Program-made: the position numbers and the translations under genes
Source: an uncultured Candidatus Peribacteria bacterium
GTDB taxonomy: Bacteria > Patescibacteriota > Gracilibacteria > Peribacterales > Peribacteraceae
Assembly (NCBI GenBank): GCA_964652185.1
Contig: CAZZDD010000001.1
Span: 20,407-84,406 of the forward strand
Direction of reading: 5' to 3'
DNA length: 64,000 nucleotides
Shown here: positions 27,979 to 35,021 of the stretch, piece after piece
Layout of the letters: the number at the start of each line of letters is the position of its first letter
How positions within the stretch are numbered: the first letter of the stretch is position 1
Notes under the pieces: model-generated
What the model was told of the DNA's origin: nothing
The model's input: the letters and a program-made list of their open reading frames with translations, nothing else
The model's database searches: none

Positions 27979-28385
27979 TTCGCGACCTCTTTCATGCGCA
28001 CCGTGAAACGCATACCAAAGTGCTCAATAGCGTTGTACTTCATCGGCCCCGTAATATAGCTAATCTCAGCGCGCCCATTCTCGCTTACCACGTCAATCGT
28101 GCCGGACTGCATTGCTGCATTGATTGCCGTATACATTAGATCGGGCCACACCTTTGCGCTATCAATCGCCTGTGGCAGCAGCTGCCGTGCGTGATAGATA
28201 TCCACAGCCAGCGTATGATAATTGCGTGTTAGTCCACTGCTGCCAAACTGCATAACGCCGTTGCGTGAGTAGACAATGGCACTCGGAAATTGATTAACTG
28301 ATTCAGGCGGATCGGCATACACGTACAGACCTGGAATCGTATCCACAATCGTGCGCAACGTGTCAATGGTAGCGTCTAGGCTCAT
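27975..28385 (-). CDS. head-tail joining / tail-terminator-like protein (136 aa)
   Basis: Position after the connector gene. ATGA coupling. Weak resemblance to DUF3168-type tail completion proteins. Confidence 0.5.
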   Translation of the reverse strand: MSLDATIDTLRTIVDTIPGLYVYADPPESVNQFPSAIVYSRNGVMQFGSSGLTRNYHTLAVDIYHARQLLPQAIDSAKVWPDLMYTAINAAMQSGTIDVVSENGRAEISYITGPMKYNAIEHFGMRFTVRMKEVAN

Positions 28386-28963
28386 AGCATCGGCCCCGCC
28401 GGTTGCAGCAACGCAATCACCTGTGATGGTATCGGTGCGCTGTAAATCAACTGCCCTAATTCAATATTGACCGTGGCGTCTTGCAGTGCGGCCTGATAGC
28501 GCTTTAGGATCGACGCCGACCACATGGCCGTTGCTTCAACCACGTTCGGCGGTGGCGTCAGGCTGTAGCCAAACTTGCCGACAACCACGATCTCGCCATC
28601 TGTGACAAACCCCCACCCGTAGCCACTCAGCAATTCAATAAAGAACTTGCGGCCCTGATTGCGTGGATGTAGTCGGTAGCCTGCCGGTGGTATGGCTGAT
28701 TCGTCACCATTCGTCAGGCTGGTGACGGACAGGCACGACATATCCAAAAGAAGTCGGCCATGATGGATGTCGCTATATTGATAGTAGCGAGTAGAGTCGG
28801 CGCTTACTGCGTAGCCACCCTCCGGTAGATTGTGCATCTGATCAATGCGCAGTGAAACGGCGTCAATGACGTTGGTAAGTACATCATCATCATCACCGCT
28901 CGTAATATTCAATCGACCATAGGAACGCACGTCGGATGGCGTGCAGTAAGCGACAACCGTCAT
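28382..28963 (-). CDS. head-tail connector (gp6-like adaptor) protein
   Basis: N-terminus AYCTPSDVRSYGRL...DDDDVLTNVIDAVSLRID matches the usual gp6-like opening (Y-x-T-x-x-D-V-x-x-Y ... D-D-x-L ... I-x-A-A). Confidence 0.65.
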   Translation of the reverse strand: MTVVAYCTPSDVRSYGRLNITSGDDDDVLTNVIDAVSLRIDQMHNLPEGGYAVSADSTRYYQYSDIHHGRLLLDMSCLSVTSLTNGDESAIPPAGYRLHPRNQGRKFFIELLSGYGWGFVTDGEIVVVGKFGYSLTPPPNVVEATAMWSASILKRYQAALQDATVNIELGQLIYSAPIPSQVIALLQPAGPML

Positions 28964-29148
28964 CAGTTAGCCTTCTTGCTCTTCTTGGGTTCCGGCTTCG
29001 GTTCCTCTGTAACTACCAACTCGGCTGCATCTTCAGCAACAATCTGCGTGGCGGCACTGTCATCTAGGGAAACAACAGTGCCGGCCACATAGTATTGCTC
29101 CTGAGTCAGTTTGCCGCGGTAGTCTCTGGTAAATCTGATCTCAGTCAT
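28963..29148 (-). CDS. hypothetical protein with Lys/Pro/Glu-rich tail (61 aa)
   Basis: Coupled ORF between capsid-associated genes. Confidence 0.5.
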   Translation of the reverse strand: MTEIRFTRDYRGKLTQEQYYVAGTVVSLDDSAATQIVAEDAAELVVTEEPKPEPKKSKKAN

Positions 29149-29157
29149 TAGAAAACC

Positions 29158-29556
29158 TTACGCTAGTGTCACGTTGATGTTGTTCGTGACGTACCATTCG
29201 CCTTGGTAGGCAACTACGGCAAGCCCATCGCCGATTGCACCACCGAACGTGCCAATGTCGCTAGACGCGTCGCCGGCGTTGAATCCGATGGTAGTTGCCG
29301 TCACGGTATGCGCTGCCGCAGTGGTAGATACGAACACAATCTCCACGCCATCGTGTGTGGTTGCTGTCGGTGCCGCCAACGTCAGCGCTGCCGCAGTGCC
29401 TTTAGTGATGAACACCTTGACTCGCCCGCTTGCCGGAATTGAGATGGCACCATTGGCGCTAGCCACTGCGATCTGATTAGAAACATCAGTCGCAGCAATT
29501 GACGCCAGTTCATCACCCGTCGCTACGTCGCGCTTTAGGTTATAAAGTCCTGCCAT
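29158..29556 (-). CDS. capsid-associated protein, possible decoration protein (132 aa)
   Basis: Immediately downstream of the capsid gene. Ala/Thr/Gly-rich, beta-type composition. Function by position only. Confidence 0.45.
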   Translation of the reverse strand: MAGLYNLKRDVATGDELASIAATDVSNQIAVASANGAISIPASGRVKVFITKGTAAALTLAAPTATTHDGVEIVFVSTTAAAHTVTATTIGFNAGDASSDIGTFGGAIGDGLAVVAYQGEWYVTNNINVTLA

Positions 29557-29567
29557 TTGCGCACCTC

Positions 29568-32498
29568 CTAGAGAGTAATGTTGTACGAAACCGCACTGGC
29601 TTCCGTATCCCGGTAGACCATACCGACACGCATGGTGCCAACAATCACAGTGCTATCACTGATAGCATCGCGTTGCACTTCAAACATCCAGCGCCGCTTG
29701 TAGCCAAGACGCCATTGATCGAAACGCACACCAAGAATAGAGCCCGTGGTGTTATTGCTGGCGGTATCAAGATCGACCTTGCCGGCAGTGTTCGCCTTCA
29801 GACCATATGTGGCATCTTGATTTGCACGGTGCATGTTTGCCGAGGCGAACACGCGTGCGCCGTAGATGCTGGTCAGCATACCCTCTTCAATGGTCGGTCG
29901 AATGAACACGTCACGAGTTTTAATCTCGGCAAGTTCAAGCGACTTCCAGTGAGTGTGCATATCGGTAATGAATGCAACTTTGGATTTATCAGCAGCATTG
30001 CGCCCACCCAAGCCCATGAGCTTAAGAGTTTCCAGATAATCCTCAAGCGTCAACGTGCCGGCGCTACGAGCATTGGCTGTATTCGTCACCAACGCCAACT
30101 TGCGAAACCCATCAAACAGCATGAACGCTTCAGTGCCGGCAGGTGTGCCGCCGATGTCGTTGATGTTCGTGGTGGCACCCGCTGCGGTGTCGCCGTCAAG
30201 GATGACGTGCTCCATCACTTCGGCAGCTTCCGCCACAATGTCACGGCGCAACTCGGACACCCACGGGATGAACGAATCTTCCTCAAGTTCGCCACTGTAG
30301 TTGATGGCTGCACCAAGCTTAGACACCGACAGGGTTTGCTTGGCAGTGTTCAGGCGGCTTGTGGTTTGCGTCGGGGTGACGCGGCCAGGATTGCTATCCT
30401 GCGCACTCGCCTGAGCAACCTTGTAGAAGGTTGGGCTTGTGCCAATGACGGGGATGATAATCGATTCGCTGCCTTGGGGAATTTCCACGGTTGGAATCTG
30501 CGCAGCAATAGGAGCGGCCAAACGAACCTTATCCCACAGCTGGGTGCTGTAGGTAACGCCAACCCACTCGTCACCATAGCTGGCAAGCGTGGACTGGTTT
30601 AACTCGTTCGCCTTCATCGACATGCCTGCGCCCTTCATTGCAGCCTTAGATGCAATGTATTCGCGCTCTTCGTCGCCTGTGGTTTCGGCAATGCGCACAG
30701 CCATCGCTTTGATCAGATCTTCGCTTGGCCCGGTGCTCATGCGACCACCGACACTAACGCCCTTTGCGCTGTTCAATACACCGGCGGCAAAAGCAAGGTC
30801 GTCAATACCAAGCGTGTCATACTTCCACAGGTTGCCGAACTTGGCTTGGTACGGCGCTTCTCCACCACCCGGCAAGCGTCGCGCTTCGGCAGCTTCGGCT
30901 TTTGCGGCTTCGATTGCAGCCTTGGCGGCGGTACGCTCTTCCTCGAATTGCTTTTCGAGTTCGACACGCACGGCTTCAGCGGAACTCTTGGCAGCGTTTT
31001 TTACTTCATTCTGTCGATCCTGTTCAGCCTTGACAGCGGCATCGCGTTGCGCGAAAACTTCCGCCACAGACTGAGCAACAAGATCCTTGACGTTCACTTC
31101 GTCCATTGTCTTATTCTCCATTACTTCAGATCGTTGTTGGTTGTCCGTCTCGCTTGCTTTTGCCGATGCCCGCCCTCGCAATGGTGTACTGCCATCACCT
31201 ATAGCTGCATCCTCTGGCGCTTGCTCAGAGTCCGGTTCTATGTCATCAGGCAGAGTAAGCCCCGCCTGTGTCCATACTGCTTTCATCACCGGCAATGCCA
31301 CGGCGTATTGATTCGCCGGTTGCCGGTTGCCTACTGCATCAAAGATACTCAGTTCCGCGACGGGCCAATGCGTGATGTGCCCGTCTTTGCCCTTGCGAAC
31401 TAGGTGCGTAATTGAGCCACTTGACGCACGTGCCACACCCTGCTTGGCAGCTTCCCACACGCGCTTGGCGTAGGCGCTTGCCTTATCCAGTACCACACGA
31501 TACCAATGTCCTTTGTTATCAACGTGGCTATAACTTGCTGTGCCAATGTATGCCGGCTCACTGGACGGACGGTTATTTTCGTCGTAGCCGTGGAAGTAAA
31601 TTGCCGGCACAGCCTTGAATTGTTCGGTGTACGTTTTCGTCTGCTCGCTGAAATACTCACCGTCAGAATCACGTCCGGCATTGTGCCCACCGAATGGGAC
31701 GCCCAGCACATCAAGTGCCCACACATCGCCATCTGATTTGATAGCACGCACAAGCCCGTAAATCACCGGCTGCGCTTCGGCTGTGGATTTCTCTGCGCTC
31801 TTGACGTTGATCTCGATCTCAACCTTGCCGTTATCCTCTTCGCAATCTTCTTCCTCACCCATGCCCATCAGCGGGAAGTCAAGCCGTTCACCGGCCCAAA
31901 TCAAGCTGACTTTTTCAACTCGCATCGGCGTTGCCGGAATCATCAGATCGGGCATCGGCATTGCCGCCGGTAGGTAAGCCACAGTGATATGTGGCGTAAA
32001 CCCGTGGTCGGATTCTTCGATATATTCGTCAACTTCTTCGCATAACTCCGCACGAAGGTCCGCCAACTGTGGGCTGTCGTAGTTCAGGAACAGCGGGTAT
32101 TGCCCTTCGCTTTCACTGAATCGTCCGTAGCCGTTGATCGTGCCTTGCAGTGGGCTGTAGCACTTGGCGCACTCGGTAATGGCGGCAACGATGTCGTTCT
32201 TGCTACCTGCAATAGTCGCCACGTCATCAGCCAAGTAAAGCAACGTCACGTGGTCACATTCGCCGGTTGCCATTTCGCCGACAAGACCACGCACGGTGCC
32301 AATCTGTTCGGGCGTCAGCATGAGCGCAATCATTGCGCCTTGGTTCGCCATCGGATCGATCTGCACTGCCTTAGTTTGAATCGTGGTCGTCATTGCTTCC
32401 GGCTCCATATCATTCACCGTGGCCACAATGCTCGTTGCAGCACTACGGATGTCGTTCAGTCGTTGCCGGTCATTTCGATTATTGCGTGCACCTGGCAT
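29568..32498 (-). CDS. polyprotein: 2H phosphoesterase - prohead protease - scaffold (delta-like coiled coil) - HK97-fold major capsid protein (976 aa)
   Basis: Single uninterrupted ORF. HxT motifs at H83 and H170. Protease-like GVPFGGHNAGRDSDGEYFS...AIYFHGYD...SSGSITH. AEK-rich coiled coil. C-terminal HK97-type MCP (LNQSTLASYGDEWVG...KQTLSVSKLGAAINYSGELEEDS...ILDGDT...FEVQRD). Confidence 0.85.
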   Translation of the reverse strand: MPGARNNRNDRQRLNDIRSAATSIVATVNDMEPEAMTTTIQTKAVQIDPMANQGAMIALMLTPEQIGTVRGLVGEMATGECDHVTLLYLADDVATIAGSKNDIVAAITECAKCYSPLQGTINGYGRFSESEGQYPLFLNYDSPQLADLRAELCEEVDEYIEESDHGFTPHITVAYLPAAMPMPDLMIPATPMRVEKVSLIWAGERLDFPLMGMGEEEDCEEDNGKVEIEINVKSAEKSTAEAQPVIYGLVRAIKSDGDVWALDVLGVPFGGHNAGRDSDGEYFSEQTKTYTEQFKAVPAIYFHGYDENNRPSSEPAYIGTASYSHVDNKGHWYRVVLDKASAYAKRVWEAAKQGVARASSGSITHLVRKGKDGHITHWPVAELSIFDAVGNRQPANQYAVALPVMKAVWTQAGLTLPDDIEPDSEQAPEDAAIGDGSTPLRGRASAKASETDNQQRSEVMENKTMDEVNVKDLVAQSVAEVFAQRDAAVKAEQDRQNEVKNAAKSSAEAVRVELEKQFEEERTAAKAAIEAAKAEAAEARRLPGGGEAPYQAKFGNLWKYDTLGIDDLAFAAGVLNSAKGVSVGGRMSTGPSEDLIKAMAVRIAETTGDEEREYIASKAAMKGAGMSMKANELNQSTLASYGDEWVGVTYSTQLWDKVRLAAPIAAQIPTVEIPQGSESIIIPVIGTSPTFYKVAQASAQDSNPGRVTPTQTTSRLNTAKQTLSVSKLGAAINYSGELEEDSFIPWVSELRRDIVAEAAEVMEHVILDGDTAAGATTNINDIGGTPAGTEAFMLFDGFRKLALVTNTANARSAGTLTLEDYLETLKLMGLGGRNAADKSKVAFITDMHTHWKSLELAEIKTRDVFIRPTIEEGMLTSIYGARVFASANMHRANQDATYGLKANTAGKVDLDTASNNTTGSILGVRFDQWRLGYKRRWMFEVQRDAISDSTVIVGTMRVGMVYRDTEASAVSYNITL
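31860..32340 (-). other. 2H phosphoesterase (LigT/CPDase-like) domain within the capsid polyprotein
   Basis: GAMIALML...ECDHVTLLYL (motif 1) and FTPHITVAYL (motif 2), 87 aa apart, each H-x-T followed by hydrophobics. C-terminal VSLIWAGERLDFPL strand. Confidence 0.7.
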
Positions 32499-32520
32499 GT
32501 CAGCCCCGAAAAATTGGAAT

Positions 32521-32564
32521 AAAAAAAGGGCGAGACAGACAACCTTTCGGTCATCGTCTCGCCC
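32521..32564 (-). terminator. strong hairpin + U7, 22 nt upstream of the capsid polyprotein ATG
   Basis: Minus strand: GGGCGAGAC..GACC GAAA GGTT..GTCTCGCCC then TTTTTTT (32527..32521). Confidence 0.7.
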
Positions 32565-32597
32565 TCGCGTAATCGCAACAGCAAATATTTAGTTGTG
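32561..32597 (-). promoter_or_regulatory. conserved box, copy A (minus strand CACAACTAAATATTTGCTGTTGCGATTACGCGAGGGC)
   Basis: 34 of 37 nt identical to 26836-26873. Same position relative to a hairpin-U7. Confidence 0.6.
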
Positions 32598-32759
32598 CGT
32601 CAATCCCAAGTAAAGCCTTGAGTCAGTCGCAAAAGTTCGTTTGCGTTTCTCTATGTAGCGCCCCACATAAACCGAGCACTTAACATGCCTTGACGCATTC
32701 ACATTCCTAGTGGCATTGGGTGCAACGTTCTTTCACCATCACCATTTAGAACGATTCTA

Positions 32760-32788
32760 ATTATATCACTAGCTTACCGAATCGTCAA
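32760..32788 (-). promoter_or_regulatory. sigma70-type promoter TTGACG-17 nt-TATAAT with TG extension
   Basis: Minus strand: TTGACG (32788..32783), 17-nt spacer ending TGA, TATAAT (32765..32760). Lies in the 413-nt non-coding gap upstream of the capsid gene. Confidence 0.65.
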
Positions 32789-32911
32789 GCACTTTAGTGA
32801 GTCTTTTCGTTTTCGCAGTTGTCCACGTCAACACCCTAGAAAACGTCACCACGCAGCGTGTGGCTAGACGGATTGCAGGACGGTAAAGATAGCGTACGTG
32901 CAATGGTTCAG

Positions 32912-33235
32912 TCACACTGTCTCCAAGAAATAACTTGTTTCCACATGCATCACCGGTCGCTTTGGGTAATTATTCTGCTCATCCATGCGGCAAACGATAA
33001 TGGCACCTGGAATCATATCGTCCTTGGGCAAAAATCTTAATCCTAAAATCCTAATGTAGGTTTCTTCTTCGTTATATTCACATGGTGTGTACGGCAAATA
33101 TCTCGATGACTGCGATTCGTACTTTATGCTCAGTGTTATCATCTTTGCCATCGAGTAGTTACAGACAATGCAGTCAGGATCGCGTCTGTTCCCCCGTGTA
33201 TACGATTCGATTAGTAGTGCAATAAAATCAATCAC
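32912..33235 (-). CDS. hypothetical Cys-containing protein (107 aa), AT-rich island
   Basis: GTG start in GTGA overlap with the upstream small ORF. No motif. Confidence 0.5.
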   Translation of the reverse strand: MIDFIALLIESYTRGNRRDPDCIVCNYSMAKMITLSIKYESQSSRYLPYTPCEYNEEETYIRILGLRFLPKDDMIPGAIIVCRMDEQNNYPKRPVMHVETSYFLETV

Positions 33236-33393
33236 GCCGTCAACCTCGCCAAATGGTACGATGCCAATGACAACCCGATCATGGCAAGAATCACAGTCTG
33301 TGCCTGATCTCTTGGCGCGGCACCACTCGCTAGGATGATCAGAAATGCGGCAATGTTAATGATGATGGCTAGCCATTTAAATAGTCGGTTCAT
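33232..33393 (-). CDS. small two-helix membrane protein (53 aa), AT-rich island
   Basis: Below track cutoff. ATG 33393 in ATGA overlap with upstream stop. WLAIIINIAAFLIILASGA and VILAMIGLSLASYHLA hydrophobic segments. Confidence 0.5.
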   Translation of the reverse strand: MNRLFKWLAIIINIAAFLIILASGAAPRDQAQTVILAMIGLSLASYHLARLTA

Positions 33394-33689
33394 GGCTTTG
33401 TCTCCGAATTATTCAGGCGTCGAATTGGGGCGTCAATGATCACTGTCTCGGCAATCAAGTTGGCAATCTTTTCATCGATCCATTTTGGGCTGTTCCATCT
33501 CGCCGGCTTTGTTCTGTACGTCACAGTATCAGGCGGCATGACATATCCACGCTGTTCACCATGAGAGCGGTCGGATTCTCGCAGAAATCCTCTTGGTGGC
33601 GTTGATTCTGTGGATTCACCTTTGATCAACCGTTCTGCGAATTCGTCGGCAATTTTTTTTGCTGCTGTTTCCATAGAATAAGCAACCAT
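33390..33689 (-). CDS. hypothetical protein (99 aa); probably the body of a longer gene interrupted by an in-frame TAA
   Basis: ATG 33689 has no SD. An SD-preceded ATG at 33764 is in the same frame, separated by TAA at 33719..33717. Confidence 0.5.
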   Translation of the reverse strand: MVAYSMETAAKKIADEFAERLIKGESTESTPPRGFLRESDRSHGEQRGYVMPPDTVTYRTKPARWNSPKWIDEKIANLIAETVIIDAPIRRLNNSETKP

Positions 33690-33760
33690 GCGCTGGAGCG
33701 TTTCGTTGTCAACTTCTTACAACCGTTGGCACAATTCTTCACTGATTGGAATACTGATCT

Positions 33761-34126
33761 TCATCTTACTCGCTTCTCCTTCGTCCGTGGCAACTCGATA
33801 AACAATAGGTCGCCATTTGTAAATTTTATCTTGTATACAATTGTATCAGCGTCAGGATTGGCGTGGATACTACTTTGCGTGCTTTTTATCACAGCACCAC
33901 TTTCAAGCTTTTCCAGAAACTCACGCAAATTATCTATATTGATTGTTCGTTTCTGTGGACCTTGGATCGATTGCTCTCCCCTCAGTGCCCTTCTTGCATC
34001 ATAGCCACGTCTAGTCATTTCGCCTTCAATCTCGATCAGCGTCATTCGATCAATGGGAATGCGCCATGCGACTTTGTAAGAAGCCATTAAATCGTCAAGG
34101 CTCTGTTCGGACAATGGAATTTTCAT
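33761..34126 (-). CDS. hypothetical protein (121 aa), AT-rich island
   Basis: ATGA coupling. Starts MKIPLSEQSL and ends LPRTKEKRVR. Confidence 0.5.
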   Translation of the reverse strand: MKIPLSEQSLDDLMASYKVAWRIPIDRMTLIEIEGEMTRRGYDARRALRGEQSIQGPQKRTINIDNLREFLEKLESGAVIKSTQSSIHANPDADTIVYKIKFTNGDLLFIELPRTKEKRVR

Positions 34127-34320
34127 CGCACCCGCTTCTCTTTCGTTGTTGGCAATCCGAACGCATTTTCAAGTGCAGTCAATCCACGGATGCGTTCTTC
34201 GCGCTCACGAATAGTGATATAGTTTTCCAGGCGCAGAACGCGCATAATGAGATCGTTGTATTGCTGCGATGATAGTTGGATTATAGCATTGTCCGGCAAT
34301 GGTTTCAAACTATCGCTCAT
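34123..34320 (-). CDS. hypothetical helical protein (65 aa), AT-rich island
   Basis: ATGA coupling. Ends LPTTKEKRVR, the same tail as the next gene. Confidence 0.5.
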   Translation of the reverse strand: MSDSLKPLPDNAIIQLSSQQYNDLIMRVLRLENYITIREREERIRGLTALENAFGLPTTKEKRVR

Positions 34321-34613
34321 TGTTCGATCTTCTTTGCCTCCACAAGCCAGGTGTCGTCGGGTTCTTGTGTAATCGTCAGGGCATATTCAGGCGGAACACT
34401 GCCATAGTCGCAAGGCTCAAATAGCGCTGAGAAAGCCTCATACTCAATATGATTCAATACAAACATGTGCTCAGCACGTACAATAATGAAATTGCCAAAG
34501 AGACTACATAATTGTGTGCCAGTTGAATACCCAAGGGCGTCTCGGCTTATATTGAATCGCCCAACACGATGCTGCCTGATTAGTTCGTTGTATACCGGCT
34601 GTTCCTCGCTCAA
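34317..34613 (-). CDS. hypothetical protein (98 aa), AT-rich island
   Basis: Starts directly after the upstream stop. No motif. Confidence 0.5.
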   Translation of the reverse strand: MSEEQPVYNELIRQHRVGRFNISRDALGYSTGTQLCSLFGNFIIVRAEHMFVLNHIEYEAFSALFEPCDYGSVPPEYALTITQEPDDTWLVEAKKIEQ

Positions 34614-35015
34614 CTAAATCGCTCCCTCAATCGCTTGCGCAAAATCACTTTCAATTGCATCCATGTTGCTTAAAATAGCTTCCTCATCATTTGTCCAACG
34701 TCCCACGTGGGTCGCGCTCTGTTGCTCTTTGCTGCCAACATACGGTCCATAGCTGCGTCCACGCTTATCCCGAACAGCGTTGCCGAGCACGCCCGTAATA
34801 CCGTCGCCGTTCTCATTGATTTCCGAGGTCCATTCACGGCCGTAGTTGCCTGTGCGTTGATAGGTGCTGCCTGATGGTGGTGCCGGATAGATCGCCATCG
34901 CACTTTGCAACCGTCCCATACTGCGCGTCATCGGCGGGCGCAAAACCCGATTTTGTTGCAGTGCGTTTAGCTTGGCGAATAGGGCAGTGTCGCCGTCTAG
35001 TGTGATGCTGATCAT
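34614..35015 (-). CDS. virion-module protein (133 aa), gp10/neck-like
   Basis: Follows the MuF gene. The YQRTGNYGREW motif resembles Y-x-R-T-G-x-L-x-x-W of head-tail joining families. Weak call. Confidence 0.5.
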   Translation of the reverse strand: MISITLDGDTALFAKLNALQQNRVLRPPMTRSMGRLQSAMAIYPAPPSGSTYQRTGNYGREWTSEINENGDGITGVLGNAVRDKRGRSYGPYVGSKEQQSATHVGRWTNDEEAILSNMDAIESDFAQAIEGAI

Positions 35016-35021
35016 AGTTTA

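Noticed and set aside
29499-30602. 367-aa plus-strand ORF and many other long antisense ORFs, e.g. 22653..23372, 35819..36394, 46550..47029, 51143..51715.
   Set aside because: They lie antisense to genes with clear domain content (capsid, TMP, portal, fibre). Their Arg/Ser/Pro/Ala-rich composition is typical of shadow frames, and they lack SD-start signals.
32600-32752. Mini-ORFs in the capsid leader (e.g. MVMVKERCTQCH, MLSARFMWGAT) as attenuation leader peptides.
   Set aside because: No SD precedes either ATG. No codon-run signature of attenuation peptides is present. Their positions are not obviously linked to alternative hairpins.
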